Below, piece after piece: positions 18,899 through 27,870 of a stretch of DNA of 64,000 nt (position 1 is its first letter; the number at the start of each line of letters is the position of its first letter). Location: assembly GCA_963664225.1 (NCBI GenBank), contig OY760937.1, forward strand, positions 864,001 through 928,000, read 5' to 3'. Position numbers and translations under genes: made by a program. Below the pieces are notes generated by a model. It searched no databases. It saw nothing but the letters and a program-made list of their open reading frames with translations, and was not told where the DNA came from. The DNA comes from Verrucomicrobiia bacterium (lineage in GTDB: Bacteria > Verrucomicrobiota > Verrucomicrobiia > Limisphaerales > UBA1319).

Positions 18899-19082
18899 GC
18901 ACAAAGACCACAAAGAAACCACGAAGGTGGGGAAGGGAAAACCGCGAATGGACACGAAGAAATAGACAGGATGACAGGATAAAAAAGGATGGGGAGTGGA
19001 TAAGCCGGGGAAATCCGCAGATGCCGTAGAGGGACGCAGATGGGATAGGGAGAACCGCTAATTGGCACTGATAACCGCCAAT
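18899..19082 (+). repeat. Cluster of short purine-rich 8-11-nt-period repeats upstream of tRNA-Arg
   Basis: CACAAAGACCACAAAGAAACCACGAAG; ACCGCGAATGGACACGAAG; GACAGGATGACAGGAT; CCGCAGATGCCGTAGAGGGACGCAGAT; ACCGCTAATTGGCACTGATAACCGCCAAT. Confidence 0.7.
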
Positions 19083-19177
19083 ACGGATGGGAATTTTGTC
19101 CTGTGGCGAGCGAGAAAAGGGGCGTGGGAAAGGCTTGCGAAGGAGCGTGGAATGGGGTTGAATTATCAGGGTCGATT

Positions 19178-19253
19178 GGTCCCGTAGCTCAAATGGATAG
19201 AGCAACGGTTTCCTAAACCGTGGATTCCGGTTCAATTCCGGACGGGGCTACCA
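19178..19253 (+). tRNA. tRNA-Arg(CCT)
   Basis: GGTCCCGTAGCTCAAATGGATAGAGCAACGGTTTCCTAAACCGTGGATTCCGGTTCAATTCCGGACGGGGCTACCA; anticodon CCT. Confidence 0.94.
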
Positions 19254-19308
19254 TTTCCAGGTCGGCCAATTAAGCAAGACTTCCGCAAAATCTTGGGGGA
19301 AAAGAATC

Positions 19309-19382
19309 AACCACAAACGAACCATGAATAAATACGAAGATGGGGATGGGAGAACCGCTAATTGGCACTAATCGGCGCTAAT
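19309..19382 (+). repeat. Second cluster of the same short-period repeats, between tRNA-Arg and IS3
   Basis: AACCACAAACGAACCATGAATAAATACGAAG and AACCGCTAATTGGCACTAATCGGCGCTAAT. Confidence 0.65.
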
Positions 19383-19439
19383 GAACAGAAATTGTGAGGT
19401 TGCTTCGATTTGACGGACACAGGAGCGGAGCGAAACTTA

Positions 19440-19793
19440 ATGAAAAACCGTATGAAGCAATCTGTGATTCCCGATTCCAAGACTCATCCGAAGTATGATT
19501 CTGCATTTAAGCAGGAAGCCGTGAACCTCTGGAAATCCAGCGGGAAATCGGCAGCCACGGTGGCGGCTGAGTTGGGGATAAAAATGGAGCGGCTCTATGC
19601 CTGGCGCGCAAAATATGTGCCGCTGCCAACAGGGGAAGGAGCCGAAACAAAGACCCGTGAGCAGTTGCTGGCCGACAATGCCGCTTTGTTGCGCGAACTG
19701 GACTATGTGCGCCAGCAGCGGGAGATTCTAAAAAAAACGTTGGGAATTCTTTCGGACCCCCAGAGCAACGCTATCAACGGGTTGAAGCGATGA
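19440..19793 (+). CDS. IS3 transposase OrfA (HTH)
   Basis: KYDSAFKQEAV...VAAELGI...LYAW...REILKK; A8C slippery run at 19730-19738. Confidence 0.92.
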   Translation: MKNRMKQSVIPDSKTHPKYDSAFKQEAVNLWKSSGKSAATVAAELGIKMERLYAWRAKYVPLPTGEGAETKTREQLLADNAALLRELDYVRQQREILKKTLGILSDPQSNAINGLKR

Positions 19794-20632
19794 AAGTCGA
19801 TCATCCCATCCGCCTGCTCTGTGAGGCCTTTGATGTGTCTTTTAGCGGCTACTATGATTGGTGCCGACGGCAAATCCAGCCTTCGTTGCGTGCCCGTCAG
19901 GACGCCGTATTGAAAGGGACCATCACAACGATTTTCAATGGCAGCCGCAAAACCTATGGCAGCCCGCGCATCCAGATCGCCTTGAAGCACCAGGGGCACT
20001 GCCATGGTCGCAACCACATCGCCCGTTTAATGCGCCAGGAAGGCCTGCAGGCGCGTTCTAAAAAGCGTTTCAAGGTCCGAACCACCGACAGCAATCATGA
20101 TCAGCCCATTGCCCCCAACCGGCTGGCTCAAGCCGCGCCACCGGACCAACGCAATCAGACTTGGGTCGGGGACATCACCTACATTGCCACCGATGAAGGC
20201 TGGCTCTATCTGGCGGGAATTGAAGACCTCTACAGCCGCCGCATCGTGGGTTGGAGCATGAGCGAACATATTGACGCCGAACTGGTTCTGGCGGCCTGGA
20301 ACATGGCCTGCATTCAGCGACAACCCGAACCCGGATTGCTCTTTCATTCAGATCGGGGAGTCCAGTATGCCAGTCAGGATTATCGCCGGGCGATGGAAAC
20401 CTCCGGTGCCCTGGCGAGCATGAGCCGCAGTGGCAACTGCTATGACAACGCGGCCATGGAATCCTTTTGGAGCACCCTTAAACAAGAACTGGTTTATCGC
20501 CGGGTCTTTGCGACCCGAGCCCAGGCCCGACAGGCCATCTTTGATTACATCGAGACCTTCTATAATCGACAGCGTTTACACAGCACACTCAATTACATGT
20601 CTCCTGTTGACTTTGAAAATATATCCAAATAA
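19790..20632 (+). CDS. IS3 transposase OrfB (DDE integrase core), in -1 frame relative to OrfA
   Basis: YGSPRI, WVGDITYI, DLYSRRIVGW, HSDRGVQY, CYDNAAMESFWSTLKQE, YNRQRLHS. Confidence 0.95.
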   Translation: MKVDHPIRLLCEAFDVSFSGYYDWCRRQIQPSLRARQDAVLKGTITTIFNGSRKTYGSPRIQIALKHQGHCHGRNHIARLMRQEGLQARSKKRFKVRTTDSNHDQPIAPNRLAQAAPPDQRNQTWVGDITYIATDEGWLYLAGIEDLYSRRIVGWSMSEHIDAELVLAAWNMACIQRQPEPGLLFHSDRGVQYASQDYRRAMETSGALASMSRSGNCYDNAAMESFWSTLKQELVYRRVFATRAQARQAIFDYIETFYNRQRLHSTLNYMSPVDFENISK

Positions 20633-20714
20633 CCTATATGTGTCTTCTGTGTCCGATTTATCGAAGCAAGCCCAGGCGTTGGGAAGCAGCCGTCAAAATA
20701 AATCAGCCAGAGGG

Positions 20715-21803
20715 CTACTTTGATTTGTTGATCGCGAGCAAGGGGAATTTTGTCAATAAATCAGCCGTGGTCTTTGTAGCTGCGGCCGCAAAGTTGGCCT
20801 GGTCTTTGATTTCAAAACGCATGACTTCGTGTGAATCCGATGCGTTGCTCTTGTTCACGGTGCCATTGTTGTTCAAGGATACCGTCGTCCTGGAAAAACC
20901 GCAGACCTCGTGTCCCTCGTGTCGAAGGTGACGGCCAGCCACCATGCCCAGGACGGCCGCACACCAGAGATTGCGTTCTCCATCCATCAGCCACTGACGA
21001 TCGGCAGAGTTCATGGGCTGGCTCAGATATTCAATGGGATCGGCGGTTTCCTTGTGCAGCATGTATAGAAAATATCTCTGGAGTGGCAGCGGGGCCTTCT
21101 CCAGCACCTGACCCTGACGAATTTTCCAAAATGAGGCGTGCCCCTTGTTTTGCCAAAGCCCTCCATCAAAGCACGGCACCCAGAAGACGGGGAGGTCTGA
21201 GCGCATCAGGCCCAGATAGGCCTGGGTATCCAGCGCGACATTATACTCGATATAGGCGGGATCCGAGGCCTCGCCAATGAAGGAGTAAATGCCGCGCACT
21301 TTTTCGCGAAAAAGTTTTGGTTCCCGGTTGAACGCGACCACGGTATCGCGCACGCTGCCCAATGTGATAATCGCCATTTTCTCCCGGCTGTCCTGGAGCG
21401 TTTGGAGGATCAAATTGACTCCAAATTGATGTTCAGCCGGTTGATCCAGGGCACGATCCCCGGGTGATTTGAGCAGCCGATTCAATCCAATGGCTGCCGA
21501 CACATGACGGCCCGTGAGGTAGTTCATCTGCCAAACGGGTTTGTAACCCGGACGTTGGGCCTGGAGCGCGCCATTGTCCAGGATGATGGCCCGCACATCG
21601 ACTTCGGGAATGGAATAAATGCAAGCCAGGTCAAAATGATCGTCGGGATCAACGTGCGGATGCGTCAGATCCGTGCTGTAGATGATCGGCACGCGATGCG
21701 GCGACGGCGCGGCCTGTGAGGCGACCGGTGCTCCACCGAGAATCGCGCCCGGGAGGGCGATTCCAGCGGCCGCCAAAAAGTTCCTTCGCGTCAGTGGTCT
21801 CAT
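20715..21803 (-). CDS. Tat-exported nucleoside hydrolase-like protein
   Basis: Twin-arginine signal TRRNFL; Asp-rich STDLTHPHVDPDDHFD motif; EYNVALD. Confidence 0.65.
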   Translation of the reverse strand: MRPLTRRNFLAAAGIALPGAILGGAPVASQAAPSPHRVPIIYSTDLTHPHVDPDDHFDLACIYSIPEVDVRAIILDNGALQAQRPGYKPVWQMNYLTGRHVSAAIGLNRLLKSPGDRALDQPAEHQFGVNLILQTLQDSREKMAIITLGSVRDTVVAFNREPKLFREKVRGIYSFIGEASDPAYIEYNVALDTQAYLGLMRSDLPVFWVPCFDGGLWQNKGHASFWKIRQGQVLEKAPLPLQRYFLYMLHKETADPIEYLSQPMNSADRQWLMDGERNLWCAAVLGMVAGRHLRHEGHEVCGFSRTTVSLNNNGTVNKSNASDSHEVMRFEIKDQANFAAAATKTTADLLTKFPLLAINKSK

Positions 21804-21929
21804 TGATTTCCATTCCTAATCGTATTTAATTGAAAAGCAATGGAATATATCAGACAGACAGGATTTCTTAACCACGGATAGGACGGATGCCACGGATAGG
21901 GAAATTAATTTCGAGGTCGCAGGAGGGAC

Positions 21930-22370
21930 TCAGGCTGCGACCATGACCATCCATGAGACGCCGAAGCGGTCGGCAGTCATGCCGAAACGGGGCGAATAAA
22001 AGGTTTTGGCCAGTGGCATCTGCACCTGTCCGCCATCGGCCAGGGCGTTGAAAAGGCGTTCCGCCTCAGCCTCGGTCGGCACGGAAAGTGTGAGGGAGAA
22101 GCCCTGGAAGGATGGCTTCCCGGAACAGCAGCCATCGGAGGCCATGATGGTGGTCTCGCCGATGCGTATGTTGGAGTGCATGATCTTGTTTTCGGAGTTG
22201 GGCGGACACCGACCGGGTTGCGGAGGCTCCGGGCTGTCCTTAAAGCGCATCATCATCGTGATCTCGGCGCCCAGCGTGCGGCGGTAGAACTCAAGCGCTT
22301 CCTCGCAACGACCGTCGAAGAAGAGGTAGGGTTCGATTTTTGAAGGGTGATTGCTATGTGTAGTGCTCAT
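21930..22370 (-). CDS. VOC/glyoxalase superfamily, PhnB-like protein
   Basis: PYLFFDGRCEEALEFY, IMHSNIRIG, IMASD, LADGGQVQMPL, FGMTADRFGVSWMV. Confidence 0.92.
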   Translation of the reverse strand: MSTTHSNHPSKIEPYLFFDGRCEEALEFYRRTLGAEITMMMRFKDSPEPPQPGRCPPNSENKIMHSNIRIGETTIMASDGCCSGKPSFQGFSLTLSVPTEAEAERLFNALADGGQVQMPLAKTFYSPRFGMTADRFGVSWMVMVAA

Positions 22371-22469
22371 AAGATTGCCAATTTGTGTTTCGATTCGTGA
22401 TGTTGTATTGGAAGAAATTAATCCGGTATTTTCATGGGTGGTTCATTGGTGTGCTTGAAGGCGCAGGGT

Positions 22470-22766
22470 TCAGCCTCCGGCCATGGCGCCGACGATGAGG
22501 AAAGGTTCCGCACCGCACACGACGGCCTCGGGCAATGGGGTTTCCGGCGGTTCACCAGAGAGGTCTTCCTTGCAGGCGAAGAATCTGACGAAGGGCCGGC
22601 GCTTCAATGTGCCGTGGTCGCGAATGGTGCCGCGCAGGGCCGGATGGGCTGCTTCGAGGGCGTCGAGAACCGATCGCAGGGTGGGTGGATTGCCAACTTC
22701 AAGCTGCACTTCGCCGTCCACACGCGCGAGCGTTCGTAAATGATAGGGGAGGACAACGCGTATCAT
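22470..22766 (-). CDS. MoaD/ThiS ubiquitin-like protein
   Basis: [11 protein letters not shown]...[11 protein letters not shown]...C-terminal GAMAGG. Confidence 0.88.
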   Translation of the reverse strand: MIRVVLPYHLRTLARVDGEVQLEVGNPPTLRSVLDALEAAHPALRGTIRDHGTLKRRPFVRFFACKEDLSGEPPETPLPEAVVCGAEPFLIVGAMAGG

Positions 22767-23923
22767 GGCAGGGTCTGGACCTCAACGGACAGGACGGCCG
22801 GCAGGTCGCGAAGGATTGGATTCCAATCATTGCCACTGTTGGCGGAGGCGTAAACCTGGCCACCGGTGGTGCCGAAATAGACGCCGCATGGTTCAAGGGA
22901 GTCAACGGCCATGGAGTCGCGCAGGACGTTGACATAACAATTCTCCTGCGGCAGGCCGTGCGTGAGCGGTTCCCATTCGTTGCCGCCCGTGCGGCTGCGA
23001 TAGACCCGCAGCTTGCCGTCCGGCGGGAAATGTTCGGAATCGTTCTTGATGGGGACGACGTAAATGGTTTCGGGTTCGTGCGCGTGAACTTCAATTGGGA
23101 AACCAAAGTCACTGGGCAGGTTTCCGCTCACCTCGGTCCACTGTTCGCCCGCGTTGTCGGTGCGCATGACATCCCAGTGCTTCTGCATGAACAATACGTT
23201 CGGTCGGGACGGATGCATGGCGATGCGGTGAACGCAGTGGCCGACTTCGGCGTCCGGATCGGGGAGTTCGTAGTTGGATTTGAGCCCGCGATTGATGGGA
23301 CGCCAGGTCATGCCGCCGTCGTCGGTACGGAAAGCGCCCGCCGCCGAGATGGCGACGTAAATGCGGTTCGGGTTCTTCGGATCGAGGAGAATCGTATGCA
23401 GGCACATGCCGCCCGCGCCGGGTTGCCAGAGGTGTCCCTTGGCGGCGCGCAATCCGGGCAGTTCCTTCCATGTGACGCCGCCGTCCGAAGTCTTGAAAAT
23501 CGCGGCGTCCTCGGCGCCGGCGTAAACGGTGTTGGGGTCGGTAAGCGAAGGTTCGAGATGCCAGATGCGTTTGAACTCCCAAGGATGCTGGGTGCCGTCG
23601 TACCATTTGTGGGTGCCTGCCTCGCCCTCATAGAGGAACTTGTTGCTTTCACCGGCGGGGAATGCGCCGGGCGTTGGTATGGGCGAGCCATCAGGTGTCG
23701 CCCAGGTTTTGCCGCCGTCCTCCGAGCGCTGGATGACCTGGCCGAACCAACTGCTTGTCTGCGAGGCGAAGATGCGGTTGGGCTCGGCGGGCGAGCCTTT
23801 AAGATGATACATCTCCCAACCCGCGAAGTGCGGGCCGCTAACTTCCCAGTTCCGGCGCCTGCCATCGGCTGTCAGGATGAACGCGCCTTTTTTTGTGCCG
23901 ACCAATACTCGCACGCTACTCAT
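22763..23923 (-). CDS. BNR/Asp-box beta-propeller protein (sialidase/Ycf48-like fold), no signal peptide
   Basis: Repeated S/T-x-D-G-G-x-T-W boxes ([32 protein letters not shown]); ATGA overlap with MoaD gene. Confidence 0.85.
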   Translation of the reverse strand: MSSVRVLVGTKKGAFILTADGRRRNWEVSGPHFAGWEMYHLKGSPAEPNRIFASQTSSWFGQVIQRSEDGGKTWATPDGSPIPTPGAFPAGESNKFLYEGEAGTHKWYDGTQHPWEFKRIWHLEPSLTDPNTVYAGAEDAAIFKTSDGGVTWKELPGLRAAKGHLWQPGAGGMCLHTILLDPKNPNRIYVAISAAGAFRTDDGGMTWRPINRGLKSNYELPDPDAEVGHCVHRIAMHPSRPNVLFMQKHWDVMRTDNAGEQWTEVSGNLPSDFGFPIEVHAHEPETIYVVPIKNDSEHFPPDGKLRVYRSRTGGNEWEPLTHGLPQENCYVNVLRDSMAVDSLEPCGVYFGTTGGQVYASANSGNDWNPILRDLPAVLSVEVQTLP

Positions 23924-24131
23924 TTTAGTCCCCCATTATTTATCGGGTTTTGCCTGATGTTTTCGTTCATTCAAGTCCAGGACGAGTGAACGATCGCCTT
24001 CGAAATGGTAACGGTCACTACTCTTAACCATTATCAGTGCGAATGCGCATGTGCGCTCAATCTATACTAAAATCCACCAAAACGCAGGCGAAAATTGCTG
24101 AAAAAAGAAGCCGAATGGAACTGGGATATTG

Positions 24132-24270
24132 GGCGAAGGCGCGAAGGAAGAGGAGAAAATATGACAGGATGGACAGGATGAGCAGGATGGTGGGGAATAA
24201 CCGCGATGAGTGCAGAGGGCGCAAAGGAACCGTGAAAGGGGAAGGGAAATATGACAGGATGGGCAGGATG
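24132..24270 (+). repeat. Cluster of GACAGGAT-type short-period repeats
   Basis: GACAGGATGGACAGGATGAGCAGGAT and GACAGGATGGGCAGGAT; AAATATGACAGGATGG occurs twice. Confidence 0.7.
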
Positions 24271-24315
24271 GGGAATGACAATGGGTTTCAGTCTGCCGTG
24301 GAATCAAACGGGATA

Positions 24316-25365
24316 TCAGAGGACGTAGTCTTTGGAGGCGTCGGGATGGAGCCTCTGGAGTGCGGCGGCCACGACGGTGTTGGGGTTTATGTTTTGCAGG
24401 CAGGCGAGGGGCTGCGGGTTGGAGCACTGGGGTTTCATGCAGGGTACGCAGGGCAGGGGGTGCTGCAAGGCGTTCTCCAGTTGATGGTAGGGTCCGGTGC
24501 GATGGGGTTCGGTGGGGCCAAAGAGGGCGATCAAGGGCTTTTTCATGGCGGCGGCCACATGCATGGGACCCGTATCGTTGGTGATCATGAGATCGGCCAG
24601 ACGGATCCATTCGATCATTTCTGGAAGGGAGGTTTGACCGGTGAGGTTCAGGCAACGCCCAGGCAGAGATTGAGCGATGATTTTGCCGAGGTCCATATCG
24701 CTGCCGCCACCGAGAATGGCAAAACGCATTTCAGGCTCGGATTGGCCCAGGCGGGCGACGGTTTCCGCGTAGTATTCGATGGGCCAGCGCTTATTTGTCC
24801 AGCGCGCGCCGGGATGCACGACGATCCAGCGCGAGTTTTCGACCGCCCATTTGTTACGAAGATCGGCGACAATATTGTGGCGGGGTGGAAACCATGTAAA
24901 ATTTTGATCCACGGGCACTTTTAAAGCGCGCAGGACATCAAGATACCAGTCGGCCGCATGGGTCAGATAGGATTGGCGAGGAACGGCGATATCGTAAAAG
25001 GCCTCGGCGCCTTCACGGGGATCGTCCAGGCCGATGGTTAACGAGCCGCGCGCAAGCCAGGAAATGGCGGCACTACGGGCGAGGCTTTGGAGGTCGATCA
25101 CCCAGTCGAAGGAAAGCTTGCGGATCTGGCGCAGGGTGCGGGCGAGCCGGAGCCAGTAGAAGGGGGAGCGCCAGCCTTTGCGGTAGAATGGGAACAAACC
25201 GGCCAGATCGGGATCGCCCTCCAGAAGCGGGGTCAACTCGGCGGCCAGCCACCAATAAACCTGGTTCGCCGGATCGTGTTTCTTGAGGAGCCGCAAAACG
25301 GGCAGGGCCTGAACGACATCCCCCAACGAACTGGGTTTGACGATGAGGATTTTCACCGGAGGCAA
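24316..25365 (-). CDS. LPS heptosyltransferase (GT9; WaaF/WaaC-like)
   Basis: KILIVKPSSLGDVV, DWVIDLQ, HPGARWTNKRWP, TNDTGPMHVAAA, LFGPT. Confidence 0.9.
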   Translation of the reverse strand: MPPVKILIVKPSSLGDVVQALPVLRLLKKHDPANQVYWWLAAELTPLLEGDPDLAGLFPFYRKGWRSPFYWLRLARTLRQIRKLSFDWVIDLQSLARSAAISWLARGSLTIGLDDPREGAEAFYDIAVPRQSYLTHAADWYLDVLRALKVPVDQNFTWFPPRHNIVADLRNKWAVENSRWIVVHPGARWTNKRWPIEYYAETVARLGQSEPEMRFAILGGGSDMDLGKIIAQSLPGRCLNLTGQTSLPEMIEWIRLADLMITNDTGPMHVAAAMKKPLIALFGPTEPHRTGPYHQLENALQHPLPCVPCMKPQCSNPQPLACLQNINPNTVVAAALQRLHPDASKDYVL

Positions 25366-25499
25366 GTCCGGCGGCCCTGGAAAGGTTGATGGAAGAGCGG
25401 GAGGCGCAACGAAATATCCTGCGGCGCGGGAGTGTCCGACACCGCATTTTCCTGAATATTCGTTGCTGCAATCATGGGACCGCGCGCCTTGGGTTGCGG

Positions 25500-26222
25500 T
25501 TATTTACCGAATTCGAGGCGTTCGGCGAGACGTTCGGGTAGGCCGGCGGCGCGAATTTTGGCCTGAGTTGTGGGAATGTCGTAATCCAGGCGGCGCAATT
25601 CGATGGTGCCTTCATCAAGGTCATAGACGCCATAGGTGGCCTTGGCCACGCCGTCGCGGGATTGACCGACGCTGCCGATGTTGACGAAATATTTTTTACC
25701 GGGCTCGGTTTTGAACTTCGAGTAGGTGCCGCCCCGCACGACGCTGTCGCGGATGAAGGCGACAGGGACATGGGTATGCCCGAAGAAGCAGACGCTGGTG
25801 TTTTGGTAGGTGAAGCTGGCGGCTGCGGCGAGCTTATCGAAGACATAGCCCCAGCGTTGGGGGCCGTCCAGAGTCGCATGAACGAGGGAAAAACTGGCGA
25901 TCAGGCGGATGTATTTAAGTTCACGGAGCCATTGGCGGTCTTCCAATGAAAGCTGTTCGCGCGTCCAGTTGATGGCTTCCTTGGCGTGGGGGTTGAAGCC
26001 TTCCAGTTCGCCGTCCATGGAGCAATACTCGTCATGATTGCCTTTGACGCAAGGCATGCCCATGTTGCGAACGATATCGAGGCACTCCTTTGGATTGGCG
26101 TTGTACCCGACGACGTCGCCGAGGCAGGCATAGTGGGTGCATTTGAGGTTTTTGGCATCTTCCAGCACCACTTGCAACGCTTCCAAATTGGAATGTATAT
26201 CGGCTAAAATTGCGTACTTCAT
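25500..26222 (-). CDS. Calcineurin-like metallophosphoesterase
   Basis: DIHSN, LGDVVGY, GNHD, GHTH, NIGSVGQSRDG. Confidence 0.92.
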   Translation of the reverse strand: MKYAILADIHSNLEALQVVLEDAKNLKCTHYACLGDVVGYNANPKECLDIVRNMGMPCVKGNHDEYCSMDGELEGFNPHAKEAINWTREQLSLEDRQWLRELKYIRLIASFSLVHATLDGPQRWGYVFDKLAAAASFTYQNTSVCFFGHTHVPVAFIRDSVVRGGTYSKFKTEPGKKYFVNIGSVGQSRDGVAKATYGVYDLDEGTIELRRLDYDIPTTQAKIRAAGLPERLAERLEFGK

Positions 26223-26239
26223 TTCGTTACGAGCCCAAT

Positions 26240-26518
26240 TTATCTGATAATCTCAAATCCACGAAATCCGCCTTTGGCTGGAGACCAGCTTTCGCGCGTT
26301 TCACGGATCATCGGCCCGAGGCCTGACTCTAAAATCGCTGTTTTAAATTCTTCCAATTCCGCTTTTTCACCTTCCGCCAGTAATTCGACACTGCCATCGG
26401 GCAGGTTGCGGATGGTTCCTGCCACTTCAAAACCTGTCACGACGGACTTGACTGCATATCGAAACCCAACGCCCTGAACATGCCCCAAGTAAACGACGCT
26501 TAATCGAAACCGGTCCAT
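26240..26518 (-). CDS. acyP: Acylphosphatase
   Basis: GHVQGVGFR, G.IRNLPDGSVE. Confidence 0.92.
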   Translation of the reverse strand: MDRFRLSVVYLGHVQGVGFRYAVKSVVTGFEVAGTIRNLPDGSVELLAEGEKAELEEFKTAILESGLGPMIRETRESWSPAKGGFRGFEIIR

Positions 26519-26734
26519 AGGTGGTTAAAGCCCCCGGTCGATCGTTGCCATTTGATTGCGCGTTCGATTATCCGCGAATCGCTGCTGTTTAACAGCTAAA
26601 TCCATGCCATGATAAAGCCACAACTTGTCCGGTGCTGGCAACGATATAATTGGCGGCGCAATATTGATTTTGATGCCCTGGCAGATAACGCATGTGCGGA
26701 TGTTGCTGATGCCCAGCAGGTATGGTATTGGAGA

Positions 26735-27142
26735 TCAACGCGGACTCTGGTGCGTTCGCAACGGAGGAAGCGCGGATGTCGATCCCTGGTTGGAGTCCTT
26801 GAATGCCGTTTTGGCTGCGGCAACGGTGATGTTGAGCAATTCGCCGGCTTCTGTGAGCAAGGGGCGTGCGGCTTCGGCCGGGACTTTGCCGCTTTCCAGG
26901 AGGACTTCCATGAGAAAGATGGAGGCGTCAATTTCGTCCTCGACGGCATCGAGTTTGGCCACGAATTCGGTGGGGGTTTTTGCGCGGCACGCGGCCCTGT
27001 AATGGGCGGCCACGGAGGTTCCCGCCTGAAGGAGGGAAGGGCCGAGGATGTCACCAGCGCCGCTTCCAGGGATATTCTCGACGAGCTTGATGATTCCGAG
27101 GGCGAACTGCTTGGTGCGATTTTTTAAATTTTCGGTGCTCAT
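26735..27142 (-). CDS. Four-helix-bundle protein (23S rRNA IVP / Avd-like family)
   Basis: LKNRTKQFAL.II, LLQAGTSVAAHYRAACRAK, FVAKL..VEDE.D.S, LLTEAGEL. Confidence 0.82.
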   Translation of the reverse strand: MSTENLKNRTKQFALGIIKLVENIPGSGAGDILGPSLLQAGTSVAAHYRAACRAKTPTEFVAKLDAVEDEIDASIFLMEVLLESGKVPAEAARPLLTEAGELLNITVAAAKTAFKDSNQGSTSALPPLRTHQSPR

Positions 27143-27268
27143 AAAAACTCTGCGGAGGAGGGTGTTTGCGCCGGGTTCAAGTTGGCTGTCTGACGACCAT
27201 GATCCCACCAATATGGTTCGAAATGCGCGAAGAAGCGAGGGCAAAAAGCGGAACTTCGGGCGGTTGTT

Positions 27269-27766
27269 TCATTCCAATTCGGCCAGGCGAACCTTTTTTT
27301 GATCGCGGCAGGCTTCGACGCTGGTGCGGAGTTGTTCGCTTAACGATTTCATGTCGGGTATGGCGTTGAGGATGATGATATGATCGCTGACGTCGTTGGT
27401 GGTCAGTTCGATGCGGCCCAAGCCCAGGATACGCTGGTAAAAGGGCTGAACGAGGGTGATATCCTTGACGCGATAGAGCTCAAGTTCTGTGGTTCGCGTG
27501 GAAAACACGCCAACGGTTGTTTTTAGACGCTGAGTGGTGATCTCGTAAACACGGGTGCGGTTTACGAGGTATTTCCAGAGCGCGAAGGCGACCGGAACGA
27601 TCAGCAAGAGAAGTATATATGCGGCCATGGAGGACGCGTCTGGCATCTTCGATAACAGCATGTACGCCACGATGACGAGCAGGGCTGAGATGGCGCAGAG
27701 ACCAAATGGGCGCGCATTGATTAACTGGGAGGAGGAGCCTTTCCAGATTGTTTTTTCCTCATTCAT
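27269..27766 (-). CDS. Membrane protein with bacterial PH domain
   Basis: EKTIWKG.SSQ, two TMs, YEITTQRL...GVFS...ELELYRVKDI...QPFYQRILGLG.I. Confidence 0.82.
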   Translation of the reverse strand: MNEEKTIWKGSSSQLINARPFGLCAISALLVIVAYMLLSKMPDASSMAAYILLLLIVPVAFALWKYLVNRTRVYEITTQRLKTTVGVFSTRTTELELYRVKDITLVQPFYQRILGLGRIELTTNDVSDHIIILNAIPDMKSLSEQLRTSVEACRDQKKVRLAELE

Positions 27767-27870
27767 GGAATGTGCAAATTGATTTTGACAAACGATACGC
27801 GTTATTCCATGAGGGGTCAATCTGATGTTTCTCGCAGGTTTTGAACGAGCAGGTGTGTGTGAGCGGCGGA

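Larger units (their letters stand above)
19395..20674 (+). mobile_element. IS3-family insertion sequence (1280 bp)
   Basis: TG...CA ends; IRL TGAGGTTGCTTCGATTTGACGGACACAG vs reverse-complemented IRR TGGGCTTGCTTCGATAAATCGGACACAG; orfA/orfB arrangement. Confidence 0.95.

Noticed and set aside
18732..19235. N-terminal extension of the 846-aa ORF
   Set aside because: Runs through tRNA-Arg and the repeat cluster; a signal peptide begins at ATG 18731.
18899..19382. CRISPR array around tRNA-Arg
   Set aside because: Only two copies of the 22-bp repeat, 300 bp apart; no regular repeat-spacer period and no cas genes in the window.
13726..20674. Prophage or composite transposon
   Set aside because: No structural, packaging or replication genes, and only one IS copy.
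26594..26609. Sigma54-like site TGGCATGGATTTAGCT upstream of acyP (- strand)
   Set aside because: Spacing fits but the -12 element is imperfect, and chance matches are expected; no supporting evidence.
26735..27142. Diversity-generating retroelement based on the Avd-like gene
   Set aside because: No reverse transcriptase and no template/variable repeat pair seen.
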